DNA from: an uncultured virus (IMG/VR IMGVR_UViG_3300047170_000110)
Taxonomy: Duplodnaviria > Heunggongvirae > Uroviricota > Caudoviricetes
Length of the DNA: 64,000 nt
Virus record (IMG/VR): IMGVR_UViG_3300047170_000110
Direction: 5' to 3' (one strand)
Of this stretch, positions 19,159 through 29,806 are shown in pieces (within the stretch, counting starts at the first letter, position 1; every line of letters starts with the position of its first letter). The notes under the pieces were generated by a model. The model saw nothing but the letters and a program-made list of their open reading frames with translations, was not told the DNA's origin and made no database searches. A program made the position numbers and the translations under genes.

Positions 19159-20673
19159 TCAAAGGGCCACGGCCCAGAAGTAAGCGTTAGGATCGGCAGG
19201 ACCCGTCGCACCTGTTGTTCCCGATCCCGTAGGTCCAGTAGATCCGGTGAAGCCTGTGTTGCCTTGCACACCTGTGGCTCCTGTCGAGCCTGTGTTGCCT
19301 TGCGCACCTGTTGGCCCTGTAGAGCCTGTTTGCCCGATAGCACCCGTAGGACCTGTCGCTCCACCCGTCCCGGTCGCCCCGGTGACCCCGGGAGCCCCGT
19401 CATTCCCCGTGGAACCTGTCGGACCTGCACCGGTTGCACCGGTGCTTCCTGTCGAGCCCGTGGGTCCAACGATCCCCGTATTACCTGTCTGACCGGCAGC
19501 TCCGGTCGGGCCTGTAACACCAGTGGTGCCTGCGATACCCGTGAGTCCGGTTGCTCCCGTTCCGCCTGTTTGTCCCGCAGCTCCCGTAGGTCCAGTCGAT
19601 CCGGTGAAGCCCGTGTTCCCCTGCGCGCCAGTGACGCCCGTCGGACCCGTCTGTCCTACAGCCCCCGTGGGACCAACGATCCCTGTGAGACCTGTCGCAC
19701 CGGTTCCGCCGACGGCTCCGGTGGGTCCCGTTACTCCATCCGCACCGCTAGGTCCGGTCGATCCCGTGAGGCCAACTGCGCCAGTGGTGCCTACGGCACC
19801 CGTCTGACCCGTCGATCCTACGGCCCCTGTGGCCCCAGTGATCCCAACCGCGCCCGTTTGGCCCGTGATCCCAACGGCCCCAGTCTGTCCGGTCAGACCA
19901 ACTGCGCCCGTTGATCCGACAGCCCCCGTAGCTCCAATCGCTCCGGTCGTACCGACCGCACCGGTTGTGCCTGTGATCCCCACGGCCCCAGTGGCACCCG
20001 TGATGCCGATGGCACCCGTGCTTCCAGTGATTCCCACCGCACCGGTCGCGCCTGTGACTCCAATAGCCCCAGTCGCACCCGTGATTCCCACCGCGCCCGT
20101 CGCGCCCGTATTTCCATCCGCTCCGGTAGAACCGACCGCTCCGGTCGGACCCGTCAGACCAATTTGACCCGTGCCTCCCGCGTCACCTGTCGCGCCAGTC
20201 GGGCCGGTATTCCCGGCAGGACCAGTCGGACCCGTGTTGCCGATCGGATCGAGGCGTTCGAACATATCGGAATTTCTAGCCAGCTCGACCAGATAGGGGG
20301 GCAATCCCTGGAGGTCCGGGCTCACATCCCAAGCGAGGCCCTTCAGTGCGGAGGGCGCGCAGACAAAGCCCTCCTGTCCTGTGTAGTTGTTCGGATCTTC
20401 GATCGCATCTGTATCCGCGTATTGAACCGTGAAAGTAGGGGTGATGGGATCCGGCGTATCGATCGACAGCACCACGTACCGCGATACTGCACCTGGATTG
20501 ACGGCACTGGAAGTCGTGTCCAGAAAAAAGAGACATCCGGCTTCGAGATTGCTTCCAGAGAAGATCCCCGCACCGTCCAGGACGGTTCCTGAGATTTGGA
20601 ATTGATTCGGTTCACCGGAGACGGGAACCGAACTGGTGAGAGTAAATTTCGCGGAAAAGTAGTTAAGTGCCAT
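19159..20673 (-). CDS. Collagen-like (Gly-X-Thr) fibre protein B1
   Basis: ~140-aa N-terminal domain then a long GXT/GAV run; ends AYFWAVAL. Confidence 0.9.
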   Translation of the reverse strand: MALNYFSAKFTLTSSVPVSGEPNQFQISGTVLDGAGIFSGSNLEAGCLFFLDTTSSAVNPGAVSRYVVLSIDTPDPITPTFTVQYADTDAIEDPNNYTGQEGFVCAPSALKGLAWDVSPDLQGLPPYLVELARNSDMFERLDPIGNTGPTGPAGNTGPTGATGDAGGTGQIGLTGPTGAVGSTGADGNTGATGAVGITGATGAIGVTGATGAVGITGSTGAIGITGATGAVGITGTTGAVGTTGAIGATGAVGSTGAVGLTGQTGAVGITGQTGAVGITGATGAVGSTGQTGAVGTTGAVGLTGSTGPSGADGVTGPTGAVGGTGATGLTGIVGPTGAVGQTGPTGVTGAQGNTGFTGSTGPTGAAGQTGGTGATGLTGIAGTTGVTGPTGAAGQTGNTGIVGPTGSTGSTGATGAGPTGSTGNDGAPGVTGATGTGGATGPTGAIGQTGSTGPTGAQGNTGSTGATGVQGNTGFTGSTGPTGSGTTGATGPADPNAYFWAVAL

Positions 20674-20679
20674 CTTTTA

Positions 20680-23600
20680 TCACCAGATGAGTTGAACGTA
20701 GTTATCAGCGTTAGCTGTCAATCCAGTGAGCGTCATCGTTACGACCCCGTTCCCTGCACTTCCGGAAACAGCAGCGGTGGAGGTCAGCACACCCGCTCCG
20801 TAAGTTCCCGAGGTGTAGCGAACCGCCAACGGACGCTGGATGTTCCCCAAGACGTTTTGCCCCGTCGTTTCTGGGAAGGTGATCGTCACGCTTGTGTTCG
20901 CTCCGATTTGAGCGGCCGAAAGATAAACTTTCATGCTCAAGTAGAGGACGGTCGAAGCGGGTCTCGTGATCGTCACGGCATTTCCGCTCAAAGCCACCGA
21001 AGTGGTGGCGATGTCGGAAGCGGGTCCAGCGACCATCAGCTGCACGGCCGGAGTTCCGTTTGTCAGAAGCGAAACCGTCGAACCGGTTGCCCCTGCGGCA
21101 CCCGTCGGACCGGTGGAGCCCGTAGCTCCTGCGGCACCTGTCGGACCAGGAACAGTAGAATCTGCTCCGGTCGCGCCCGTCGCGCCCGATCCGGTGGCTC
21201 CGGTAGCACCTGTGGCACCTCCGGCTCCAGTAGATCCAACCGCACCCGTGCTTCCGGAAGATCCCGTCGCACCAGTTGTTCCGGCAACTCCTGTAGGCCC
21301 TGCCGCACCCGTGCTTCCGGTAGGACCTGTCGCTCCACCCGCCCCGGTCGCCCCGGTGCTGCCCGAGCCGGTCGCACCTGTAGCTCCTGCCGCTCCAGTT
21401 GCACCTGTAGCGCCCGATCCCGACCCACCGCCAGAGGCGGCCAGATCGTCGAGCGCTTGACTCACGTTGGTCGGCACTACTGCCCAATTTGAAGGCGTAC
21501 TCGGGGTGTAGGCGAGCGTACCGCTGATGCCTCCCTGCGCGACGATCGGTCCGCCGAAGTAGTTAGTTCCGCCCTGGGAGTAGAGTGCGTAGTTGGTTCC
21601 GGCAGCCGTCGGCGTTGCGATGTAGATCCCGTAGAACGTGCCAAAGGTCCCGCCGTTGTTCGAGGGTGCCGCAACGTAGGCGCCGTAGCCGGTACCGATC
21701 GTTCCATTGGCGTTGGAGATCGCGACCGCCAAGTAAGCGCCGTAGGCGTTCGTGATGGTACCACCGAACACGCAGTAGACTTCGCCATCGAGAGCGGTCG
21801 CGTACGTCAGAGTCCCGGAACCCTGGTGGTTCACCATGCCCGAGACCCCTTGTCCCAGGTACATGTTTTGGGTGTTGCCGTTGTTTGTGACGACCGAACC
21901 GCCGAAAGCCTTGAACTGGGCGACGCTCGCGGATGCCGGATTCGGTGCGATCAGGCTCTTCAAGCCGTAAACAAATCCGCCCAAGGATGTGGAGGCTCCG
22001 TTGATATTCAGCGATTGCAATGTACCGAGAGAAGTAAGGGAAGAGGCCGTCACGTTTGGGGCGAGCGTAGTGCCAGTGAGGGCCGACGCCGCAGGCGGAG
22101 TCGCGGCCAAGAAGTCTAGGCCATCCTTGACGCTGCCTGGAACGGAGGCCCCCCAGTTGCTGGGGGTAGCGGGGATGTAATTCAGGTCGATCGCCGAGTT
22201 GCCCTGCACGACCCGGGTTCCGGTCAACACGTCGATCGATTCGTTGCGCCACACGTTCGAGAGAACGTAAGGGGCGGTTCCGGTCTTGTTGATCTGCGCG
22301 AAGGTCGAGCCAGAGATCTGGAGCGACACGTTCAACAGACTCATCATGTCGGGAGAGTTGGCGGTCGAGGTGATCGTGGCTCCGGAAGTGAACCCGCGAC
22401 CTCCGTCGATGATTAGGCTACCGGCGGTTTGCGTGATCGCGCCGAGCGATTCGTTGTCGTACAGCGCGAGCGTGACGTTCGAGCTGTTGAGCGTGATGGG
22501 GGGTGCGCCGCGAACGCGCCACGTGCTCACCTGCGAGCCTGCCGCCGGAGTGCCCCCGATATTCAGCGGGCCGCTGATCGTACAGTCCACGAACTCGTGC
22601 CAGTGAGCCCAAGATCCCGTGTACTGGACACCGCCACCGCCACCGAAGTCGATATTGGTGTGGTAATTGCGACCTTGCGAGCTGTCGATCAAATCGGGCT
22701 GCGTTCCGCCCGGGTAGGCGATCTTGAAGTCCTTGAAGCGGATCCGGGTGGAGGCGCCGGTAATCGTGAAATTGCCGTTCACGCGGATAGCTTGTGAATC
22801 GACGATCCCACCGACACCTTGGATCGTCAGGTACGCGCCGTAGTCGGCGATCGTGACGTTCTCGGTAGGGGAATCGTGCAGCCAGATGACCACGTTGGGT
22901 TCATCGGAAGCCTGAGCCTGGTTGACGGCTGCCTGGATGCTCGTGAGCGGTTGTTCGAACGTACCGACCTGGGTGCCGGTGTACGTGCTCAAGACATGAA
23001 TTTCGTAATAGCCTGCGGCAGGCGCGATCGGACCGGTCGATCCGGTAATTCCGGTCGCACCCGTGGCGCCCGTCGCTCCCGTAATCCCATCGTTCCCATC
23101 GGCTCCGGAAGGACCGGTGGATCCGCTTGGGCCAGTTACTCCCGTGTTTCCCGTCGCTCCCGTTCCCCCGGTTTGGCCTGTGGCGCCAGTTCTACCGGCC
23201 ACCCCATCCGTTCCGGTGGCACCCGTATTTCCCTGATTTCCGGGGACACCCGTAACCCCTTGAGGTCCTATCGCGCCCGCCGCGCCCGTCCCTCCTGTTC
23301 CTCCGGTGGCGCCCGCCCCCCCCGTGTTGCCAGTCCCTCCGGCCGCACCCGCCGCGCCATCCGTCCCGGTCGCACCCGTTGAGCCTGTCGCGCCATGCGA
23401 TCCGTCGATTCCCGAAGGACCGGTTGCCCCTGCTGCACCGACTGCACCCGTCGCTCCGGAAGGGCCAGTCGCTCCCGCCAATCCTGTCGGACCGGTAGAA
23501 CCTGTTTGGCCTGCGCCGGTTGGACCCGTCGCACCCGTGATTCCTACGCCTGTCGCACCTGTGGAGCCGGTTGCTCCTGTTCCGCCTGTCGCACCTGTTG

Positions 23601-23775
23601 GGGCACCTGCGGGACCGGTCGCACCCGTCGCTCCTGTGGCACCGGAACCGGTCGCACCCGCGTTACCCAACCCCAAGTCAATTTCCGATGCAGCTTCATC
23701 GCTTTCCAGAGCTGTCTGTAAGAGGAGGTAGGTTTTTGGGGATAAAAATTTGGGCGGATTCTGCGGTTGGCTCAT
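20680..23775 (-). CDS. Collagen-like fibre protein A1 with central beta-helix-like domain
   Basis: Two GXT tracts flanking [14 protein letters not shown] (beta-helix start); repeated YxPxTPSNW...ALDxLAA. Confidence 0.9.
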   Translation of the reverse strand: MSQPQNPPKFLSPKTYLLLQTALESDEAASEIDLGLGNAGATGSGATGATGATGPAGAPTGATGGTGATGSTGATGVGITGATGPTGAGQTGSTGPTGLAGATGPSGATGAVGAAGATGPSGIDGSHGATGSTGATGTDGAAGAAGGTGNTGGAGATGGTGGTGAAGAIGPQGVTGVPGNQGNTGATGTDGVAGRTGATGQTGGTGATGNTGVTGPSGSTGPSGADGNDGITGATGATGATGITGSTGPIAPAAGYYEIHVLSTYTGTQVGTFEQPLTSIQAAVNQAQASDEPNVVIWLHDSPTENVTIADYGAYLTIQGVGGIVDSQAIRVNGNFTITGASTRIRFKDFKIAYPGGTQPDLIDSSQGRNYHTNIDFGGGGGVQYTGSWAHWHEFVDCTISGPLNIGGTPAAGSQVSTWRVRGAPPITLNSSNVTLALYDNESLGAITQTAGSLIIDGGRGFTSGATITSTANSPDMMSLLNVSLQISGSTFAQINKTGTAPYVLSNVWRNESIDVLTGTRVVQGNSAIDLNYIPATPSNWGASVPGSVKDGLDFLAATPPAASALTGTTLAPNVTASSLTSLGTLQSLNINGASTSLGGFVYGLKSLIAPNPASASVAQFKAFGGSVVTNNGNTQNMYLGQGVSGMVNHQGSGTLTYATALDGEVYCVFGGTITNAYGAYLAVAISNANGTIGTGYGAYVAAPSNNGGTFGTFYGIYIATPTAAGTNYALYSQGGTNYFGGPIVAQGGISGTLAYTPSTPSNWAVVPTNVSQALDDLAASGGGSGSGATGATGAAGATGATGSGSTGATGAGGATGPTGSTGAAGPTGVAGTTGATGSSGSTGAVGSTGAGGATGATGATGSGATGATGADSTVPGPTGAAGATGSTGPTGAAGATGSTVSLLTNGTPAVQLMVAGPASDIATTSVALSGNAVTITRPASTVLYLSMKVYLSAAQIGANTSVTITFPETTGQNVLGNIQRPLAVRYTSGTYGAGVLTSTAAVSGSAGNGVVTMTLTGLTANADNYVQLIW

Positions 23776-23834
23776 GGGGGATCCTCTTCCCCCTTAAACT
23801 AATCCATGAATCGGAACGAATTTGAGCCCTTCGG

Positions 23835-24326
23835 TTACGTCTTCTCGACCTTAACAATGTGATCGGTTAGCAGATCCAGCGTGACCATTCGGGTTTTAGA
23901 TTTCTTTTTGAATCCGCAGTGGAAGTAGCTTTTACCCCCATCTACCCAGGCATTTTTGCAGCGACAAGTTTGGATGTGGTGATGGGCCATGCTGAAGATC
24001 ACCTGGTTGCAGATCAGGCAGTGGAGCGCCGGTTGAAGCCGGTGCTTTTCCATCGCGTCGGAGTCTAATCCGGAGACAAAAAGCCTGTCCGTGAGAGGAT
24101 TTTTCCAAAGGAACAGGTAGTCTTTATGCCCCTTCGTACGGTCCGGATTTTTCACGCTGTAGACCGCGTACGGGAGATCGTTTCCCTCTAAGCAGAACTC
24201 ATTTAAAAAACGGAGACCTCCGGAAAACTTCTTCCGAACGGCAAGATGACTAAATCCGTACCACTTGCTCTTTTTGATTCGAGGCGCGGGCCGCTTGGGC
24301 TTTTGTTTCGTTTTCTTCACAGGCAT
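23835..24326 (-). CDS. Hypothetical Zn-binding phage protein
   Basis: CLICNQVIFS...CRCKNAWVDGGKSY. Confidence 0.65.
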   Translation of the reverse strand: MPVKKTKQKPKRPAPRIKKSKWYGFSHLAVRKKFSGGLRFLNEFCLEGNDLPYAVYSVKNPDRTKGHKDYLFLWKNPLTDRLFVSGLDSDAMEKHRLQPALHCLICNQVIFSMAHHHIQTCRCKNAWVDGGKSYFHCGFKKKSKTRMVTLDLLTDHIVKVEKT

Positions 24327-24335
24327 GTGAAGGTT

Positions 24336-24863
24336 TTACCGGAATTTGTGGGATCCGCAATTTTTGCCTTTTCGGCGAAGGCGTTTACGACGCATCTGCT
24401 CTCGGGTTTTCGCCCGGTGGCAGGGAATACAGAGGGTTTGGAGATTTTCCAGGCCGCAAGAACCGCCGCCATGCGCGACGGGGAAGATGTGGTCCATCTC
24501 CCAGTAGTGCTCGGAAAGGGGGAAGCCGAAACCGTAGAGGATCCGGTAGTGGAGGCTCAGACGGAGGTACGCCTCTTCGCTTTGCATGCGGAGGGCGTGG
24601 AGGACTTCTCTCAGCTGGCCGGTGTCCAGGTTGCAGGTCGCGCAGATCCCTCGATCCCGTTTGAGGACCTGCTCGCGAGCATACCCGGGGTTCGAGCGGA
24701 TCTTGAATTCATGCACGCACGGGTCGGAGCAAAAGGTCCGCTTGGGGGGTTGGGTTTCCTTTTGGCAGTGGCGACAGAGCGGACGACCGTTAGGTCCCTT
24801 CGGGAGATCCTCGGGGTTTTTCCAGCCTTTGTCTTTGAGGGTTCTCTCCCGGGTGAGTTTCAT
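24336..24863 (-). CDS. HNH endonuclease
   Basis: RDRGICATC...MDHIFPVAHGGG...NLQTLCIPCHRAKT. Confidence 0.88.
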   Translation of the reverse strand: MKLTRERTLKDKGWKNPEDLPKGPNGRPLCRHCQKETQPPKRTFCSDPCVHEFKIRSNPGYAREQVLKRDRGICATCNLDTGQLREVLHALRMQSEEAYLRLSLHYRILYGFGFPLSEHYWEMDHIFPVAHGGGSCGLENLQTLCIPCHRAKTREQMRRKRLRRKGKNCGSHKFR

Positions 24864-24875
24864 CCGGGCACGGCT

Positions 24876-25106
24876 TTACGCGACGACGATGTGACCCTGG
24901 GCGATGAGATCCGCGAGGTTGGATTTCTTCACGTCATCGACCGACATGCCCATACGGGCGAAGATGTCCACGGGCTGCCAGTTGGTCAGCACGAAGTCCT
25001 GAATCTCGGGGTTCGGGAAGTGGATCCGCACCGCACCGGCGACCATCGGGGCTTTTTTCACCGACAGCTTCTTCTCGATCAGACCCTTCATCAAGGCGTG
25101 GCTCAT
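24876..25106 (-). CDS. Hypothetical protein
   Basis: ATGA-coupled. Confidence 0.65.
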   Translation of the reverse strand: MSHALMKGLIEKKLSVKKAPMVAGAVRIHFPNPEIQDFVLTNWQPVDIFARMGMSVDDVKKSNLADLIAQGHIVVA

Positions 25107-25843
25107 GTTCCGTCTCCTTCGGCTTCTTGTTCTTCGGTTTCTTCCTCGTCCAGCTCTTCCACGTCTTCGGGGCTCAGCTCGACGGTACTCTCTTCTTCGC
25201 TCTCGACCGGATACATGGGGCGCGTGTGCAGCGCCTTCATGTCGTAGTCCAAAAGCAAGACCGCGTCAGTTCCGATCAGCTCGATTTTGCGGGTGCGGAA
25301 ACTGTAAGCCAGGGGATCCCCGATCCCGTGCTCTTCGGCGAGCTGCTGGATCTGGCCTTTGAACTTCGCGGCGAATTCTTCGGGGCTCGTGATTCCGAGC
25401 TTCTCCATGTTCGCAGCCTTCTCCGCTTCCTTGGCCGCAGGATCTTCATCCCCGCCCGCGCCGGGCGCGACTTCCATCGGAGGTGCAGGAGCCAAGGCCG
25501 GATCCGTCTGGATCATCTCGGGCGGATCCATTCCTTCGTCATCGCCTTCGGCAGCGAGCAAGGTCTGAACGGCAGGGTAGGTCCCTTGGGCCAAGACTTT
25601 GGAAAGGGTCGGGTAGGAATTGTTGAGAAGCTTTTGAGTCTTCATATCTAAATAATAAGGGCGAATCATGAGAGACTCTTTGGCCTCAAACGGCTTAGCC
25701 TCGATCCCACCCATTTCGACCGTGTCGCGGGCTCCCTCCATCGCGTCCTCTTGGCCGCCGGATTGGTCGGCCCCGGACTGATGCGGGCTAGGCTGGGCCA
25801 GCTCGAAGGGGACGTTGCCGCTTCCCGGTTGAGGCTGGCTCAT
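25103..25843 (-). CDS. Acidic tagged putative internal head protein (possible second start at 25645)
   Basis: Tandem tags YPTLSKVLA and YPAVQTLLAA; class-L-like CCTTATTATTTAG 2 nt before internal ATG 25645. Confidence 0.7.
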   Translation of the reverse strand: MSQPQPGSGNVPFELAQPSPHQSGADQSGGQEDAMEGARDTVEMGGIEAKPFEAKESLMIRPYYLDMKTQKLLNNSYPTLSKVLAQGTYPAVQTLLAAEGDDEGMDPPEMIQTDPALAPAPPMEVAPGAGGDEDPAAKEAEKAANMEKLGITSPEEFAAKFKGQIQQLAEEHGIGDPLAYSFRTRKIELIGTDAVLLLDYDMKALHTRPMYPVESEEESTVELSPEDVEELDEEETEEQEAEGDGT

Positions 25844-26565
25844 ACGGGTGCCGCCTCAGGTTCCGGTGCTTGCGTGGAAGGTTCCGGGGTGTTGGGCGCG
25901 GGCTGCTCTTTGGCGCCAGGCTCGATGATCGGAGCCGGGTTCACATCGACGGGAGCTTGATCGGGTTGCTTGAAAGCCGCGCTGTAGAAGAGTTTCACGA
26001 CTGTCGCGGGGCTCTCCGAAAGGAGCACTTTCGCCAGGTCGGCAAGGATGTCGGCCTTCTTGGTCGGGTCTGCGAGCTGCTGTCGGATCGCATCCATCCC
26101 GGCTTTGTACGCATCGAACTCGGTTGCGTCCGGGAGGATTGCCTGTCCGAGTTCCAAGATGTGGGCTTTGGAAAATTCGGCCAAAAGCTCCGCGTCCGAT
26201 TTCTGTTCGAGGGAGCGGAGCACGTAGGCTTCCAACTCTTCTTGCGTCGCCAGTCCGGCGGCGTTCTGGAGCAGGTATTCGACGAGCTTCTGGCGGTCGC
26301 GCTCGGACAGACTTTGGTAGAGAGCGTTTGCCGCCATCTGGGCAGCGATGTCGGCTGAAAGCGCCGCTTGGCTTTCCGCTTCATGGATCGCTTCACCCAA
26401 CCGGGTTTTGAGAGCTGCGAGGCCGTCGATCGCGGTGCCCAGTTCCTGGGCGAGCTGGATCAGGTTGTGGGATTGGGGGTAGCGCTCGACTAACAGGTCG
26501 CCGAGCTGGCGGAGATTGGCTTCGTGGTCTTCGAAGCGATCCAACATTTTTTGGAAGTCGGACAT
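25840..26565 (-). CDS. Helical hypothetical protein (possible head-associated)
   Basis: GGAG RBS; in a late-type operon. Confidence 0.7.
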   Translation of the reverse strand: MSDFQKMLDRFEDHEANLRQLGDLLVERYPQSHNLIQLAQELGTAIDGLAALKTRLGEAIHEAESQAALSADIAAQMAANALYQSLSERDRQKLVEYLLQNAAGLATQEELEAYVLRSLEQKSDAELLAEFSKAHILELGQAILPDATEFDAYKAGMDAIRQQLADPTKKADILADLAKVLLSESPATVVKLFYSAAFKQPDQAPVDVNPAPIIEPGAKEQPAPNTPEPSTQAPEPEAAPV

Positions 26566-26814
26566 TCACTTCTCCAAGAGGACTTTGTGAAGCCGCTCGG
26601 CGATATCCGGGCAATCTTCTTCGACGAGCGCTGCAATGATCTCGTTGAAGGAAAGCGTTTCGGCTTGCGCCTCGACCTTTGCTTGGATCTCGGCCTCCAG
26701 GAGGTGGGCTTCTTCTGCCGTAATCACTCCGGTATCCTTGAAAATCTTCAAGGATGCCTGGGCATCGGGGGAGTTGGCGAGGACCTCTTTTAGCTTGGCA
26801 AAGTCTTGTTTCAT
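26566..26814 (-). CDS. Hypothetical protein
   Basis: Class-L variant AGGTTATTGTCA plus GGGGAG upstream; N-terminal FAKLKEVLA weakly resembles the tag. Confidence 0.7.
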   Translation of the reverse strand: MKQDFAKLKEVLANSPDAQASLKIFKDTGVITAEEAHLLEAEIQAKVEAQAETLSFNEIIAALVEEDCPDIAERLHKVLLEK

Positions 26815-26858
26815 AGTTTATCTACTCCCCTGACAATAACCTGGAGTGCGTGTGAATC

Positions 26859-27863
26859 ATGTCTGAGCTAGTTAACGGGCTCCGGACCTATCGTCCCGAT
26901 CTCGATTCTTATGTCTTTCATTCTCCACAATTGGCCGAACAGGTAAACTCCTGGGTCAAGGGCGTGAAGGATGGATCGGTCTCCCGGGCTCTCCTTCTGA
27001 CCGGAGCATCCGGCTTAGGGAAAACGACTCTGGGCATTGCCGCCTGTGTCAAACTTGGAGCAGTTTCTCAAGATATTCAAGAAATTAACTGCGGCACCTA
27101 CCGGACCTTGGAGAATGCGCGCGGGCTTCTGGACATGCTCGAATATTCGCCCTCTCACAGCGACTATCGGGTGCTGGTGCTCGATGAGTGCCATCAGATG
27201 GTCGAGAATGCCCAGCAGGCGTTTTTGACGCCCCTGGAGAAACTCCCCAAATCCACGATCGTCGTGGCCTGCACATCCCAGCCGCAGGATCTGAATCCGG
27301 CGTTCCGTCGCCGGTTTTATGAGCTGCGCCTGACCGAGTATGATGACGACTCGATCCTGGAAATCCTGGCAAACCTCCCGATCAAGCTGAAGCCCGCGAT
27401 GATGGCGACGATCGTCCAGATGGCTGGGGGGAATCCAGGCCGGGCCATCGCGCTCGCCGAAAGTAATCCGAATACCGAGGACAAGGAAAAGCAGAACGCG
27501 CTCATCAAAGAGCTGCTCGTCATCGAAAACTTCGTCGCTTCCCTTTTCGAAGCGGACCGTAAAAAGATCCTGCTGCACGCCAAGATGCTTCGTGAAGAGA
27601 ATCGTAAGGTCTTCTTCGAGAAGGTCCTCCAGTACCTGGAAGGCGCCTGGCTGGTCGCCGGAAACCTCACACCCGCTTTACCTCCGAAGGAGCTGGCCTT
27701 CATCCGAGATCGGGTGAAGGGGCTTCAATGGCCCGGACTTACGCCGGACCAACAGGCCCAAAAGCAGCAGCAGTACCTAGGGAAGGTTTACAACGACATG
27801 GTCAAACTGTCGGCGCTGTCTTCGTATCAGCTGCGGGCGTGGGCAATGACCGGACTTCTTTAG
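26859..27863 (+). CDS. Clamp-loader AAA+ ATPase (DnaX/RFC-like)
   Basis: GASGLGKTT, VLDECHQM, AQQAFL, FRRR. Confidence 0.85.
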   Translation: MSELVNGLRTYRPDLDSYVFHSPQLAEQVNSWVKGVKDGSVSRALLLTGASGLGKTTLGIAACVKLGAVSQDIQEINCGTYRTLENARGLLDMLEYSPSHSDYRVLVLDECHQMVENAQQAFLTPLEKLPKSTIVVACTSQPQDLNPAFRRRFYELRLTEYDDDSILEILANLPIKLKPAMMATIVQMAGGNPGRAIALAESNPNTEDKEKQNALIKELLVIENFVASLFEADRKKILLHAKMLREENRKVFFEKVLQYLEGAWLVAGNLTPALPPKELAFIRDRVKGLQWPGLTPDQQAQKQQQYLGKVYNDMVKLSALSSYQLRAWAMTGLL

Positions 27864-28148
27864 CTTCTTTTTCTTCACCCGTTCCAGTTGTCGGAGGCTT
27901 TGGTTCACCGCAACCCGAAGGTGTCCGGACGGAATTCCGAAGTAGCTACAAAGCGTGAACCACTGGACCGCCGAAAGCTGCTGGAGTCCTTTCTCGACCC
28001 GGCACATCGCGCTCTGGTCGATGCCTAGAAGAGTTCCCAAAGAGGCTTGGGTAAGATTTCCATTCTTGCGAAGCTTTTTTACGTATTCGCCCAAACTTTT
28101 GTTGATAAACTCGGGCGACAGGACGCTTGTGTCTAAGGGCGTAGGCAT
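27777..28148 (-). CDS. XRE-family HTH protein
   Basis: LRKNGNLTQASLGTLLGIDQSAMCRVEKG. Confidence 0.75.
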   Translation of the reverse strand: MPTPLDTSVLSPEFINKSLGEYVKKLRKNGNLTQASLGTLLGIDQSAMCRVEKGLQQLSAVQWFTLCSYFGIPSGHLRVAVNQSLRQLERVKKKKLKKSGHCPRPQLIRRQRRQFDHVVVNLP

Positions 28149-28163
28149 ACTTCTCTCCTTCGG

Positions 28164-29132
28164 TTAATAGCCGCCAGAACCGCAGCCGTGGTTCATCTTC
28201 CATTCGTTCAGGAAGACATCGAGTTCCGCGCGGGCTAGGTGCGCGTACTTTTTCTGGACCGTCACGAGACGCTCGTGGATCAGCGCTTTCGTATTGAAGA
28301 CTCCGTGGTTTTTCTCATGGGTTACGTGCCTCGCGAGCTTCCGCGCCTCCCACCCACACCACTCCTCGTACTTCTGTCGGTGGTTGAGATAGAGCCAGTA
28401 CAGCTCTTCAGCACTCATGTACGGACAGCGCATGCAGTTGGAGGGCATCGGAACCGAGTGTCCGACCGATCGGATGTATTCCTGGCAACCCTGACGGGTG
28501 AGCCCGAGGTCGATTAGGGGAAATTGTCGATGGATCGCTTTCCAAAAGGATTCCTCGGGAGAAAGCCACAGGACTAACTCAAGTAGAGCAGATTTTTCCG
28601 CTCGGGATTCTTCCCCGGCCGCGAACCCAATCAGCATGTTGATTTGGCCGTTCTCCTCGGCGAACCGCTTGATGGCCCGCTTGTCGCAGCCTCCCGTTTT
28701 CGAGTTCACCTTGAAGCCGTAGCCGTACTTTCGATTGATCCAGGCGTCGAGGTATTTGTAGATCGGATCTACCTTCGTCTTAATCGTGCAGCTCTTGGTG
28801 CCGAGTTGAACGAGGGTAGGCTCGAACTCTCCGCCCTCCTCGCGCTTCTGGGGCTCGATGATGTTCGGCCAGGCGGGCGAATGGTAGCCCATGTCGGCTG
28901 TGAGGTGGACGAACTCGATCTGATGGATCAGGCAGAAGCGTTTGATCTCCTGGACGTGCGTCCAGGTGTAGTCGTGCTCGTCTCCGGTATCCGATTGAAT
29001 CACAAGAAAATCACCAGGGGCGTACTTTTCTCTGAATTCAGGATCGTACACGATCCTGTAGAGGATCGCGGTAGAATCCTGACCTCCCCCGAAGGAGAGG
29101 ACGGTTAGAGATTTCCGATCGCGCGATTGCAC
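28164..29132 (-). CDS. PAPS-reductase/PP-loop family protein
   Basis: SFGGGQDS PP-loop, SDTGDE, SCT..K, IGFAAGEESR, FPL, SNCMRCPY. Confidence 0.85.
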   Translation of the reverse strand: MQSRDRKSLTVLSFGGGQDSTAILYRIVYDPEFREKYAPGDFLVIQSDTGDEHDYTWTHVQEIKRFCLIHQIEFVHLTADMGYHSPAWPNIIEPQKREEGGEFEPTLVQLGTKSCTIKTKVDPIYKYLDAWINRKYGYGFKVNSKTGGCDKRAIKRFAEENGQINMLIGFAAGEESRAEKSALLELVLWLSPEESFWKAIHRQFPLIDLGLTRQGCQEYIRSVGHSVPMPSNCMRCPYMSAEELYWLYLNHRQKYEEWCGWEARKLARHVTHEKNHGVFNTKALIHERLVTVQKKYAHLARAELDVFLNEWKMNHGCGSGGY

Positions 29133-29341
29133 GCGTACACCCCTTGGTTGACTCGGAGAACCGAGTGGATCTGAAACCGTTCATCGGGCTTGGGCGCCAT
29201 CCGATCGAGTTCGGTTTGGATGATCGCGAGCGTGAGCTGCTCCAGTCTCGGCTGGAGGTTCATCTTCTCCAGGATCTGGTGAGCAGTCATCGGGCCGAAA
29301 TATTGAAGGCATTGGGCGAGTTCGAGCTGAAGGCTGGTCAT
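29105..29341 (-). CDS. Small hypothetical protein (possible winged helix)
   Basis: FGPMTAHQILEKM; in operon. Confidence 0.5.
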   Translation of the reverse strand: MTSLQLELAQCLQYFGPMTAHQILEKMNLQPRLEQLTLAIIQTELDRMAPKPDERFQIHSVLRVNQGVYACNRAIGNL

Positions 29342-29487
29342 GATTTCACCAATTCCAAGACTTTCTCCAGGAAGGCGACGCACTTGTGGGAAGCTTTCTG
29401 GTACTGAATTTCTTTAAGTCGCTGAAGCGCGATCTCCACCGCGCGGGTCAGCAGCTCGATCTTCTTTTCGGGGGTGAGAATTTCCAT
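29338..29487 (-). CDS. Small hypothetical protein
   Basis: MEILTPEKKIELL..., coupled to its neighbours. Confidence 0.5.
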   Translation of the reverse strand: MEILTPEKKIELLTRAVEIALQRLKEIQYQKASHKCVAFLEKVLELVKS

Positions 29488-29708
29488 CAGCAGGCCCTCG
29501 CTTGCACGGCCTCTTCCCGCTCCCACTGGGGGATCTGGGATTGGGCCCACCGGACGATTTTGAATACTTGGGCGTCCGTATATCCGTAGCTCTGGAGGAA
29601 GTCACACGTGCTGTGGTGACTGTACCCCTCGTAATAGACCCGGCTCCAATAGAGGCGGCCCATCGAATTCAGACTCTCTCGACCCAAATGATTGGAGGAA
29701 CTAGCCAT
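29487..29708 (-). CDS. Small hypothetical protein, probably leaderless
   Basis: ATG 29708 lies 6 nt after a sigma70-like -10. Confidence 0.5.
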   Translation of the reverse strand: MASSSNHLGRESLNSMGRLYWSRVYYEGYSHHSTCDFLQSYGYTDAQVFKIVRWAQSQIPQWEREEAVQARAC

Positions 29709-29714
29709 ACCCTG

Positions 29715-29743
29715 ATTATCAGTACATTGGGGGTCTAAATCAA
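29715..29743 (-). promoter_or_regulatory. Host sigma70-like promoter TTGATT-N17-GATAAT
   Basis: Near-consensus hexamers with a 17-nt spacer. Confidence 0.6.
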
Positions 29744-29806
29744 GAGAAAATATCATACTAATTTAGTCAACATAAGTTCCTGAACCGACAGGGTTATTTT
29801 TTGATT

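Noticed and set aside
19146..19520. 5' extension of the 18612 ORF over the collagen gene, suggesting a programmed frameshift
   Set aside because: Alternative frames of GC-rich GXT repeats are often stop-free, no slippery site is evident, and there is a good RBS at 19145
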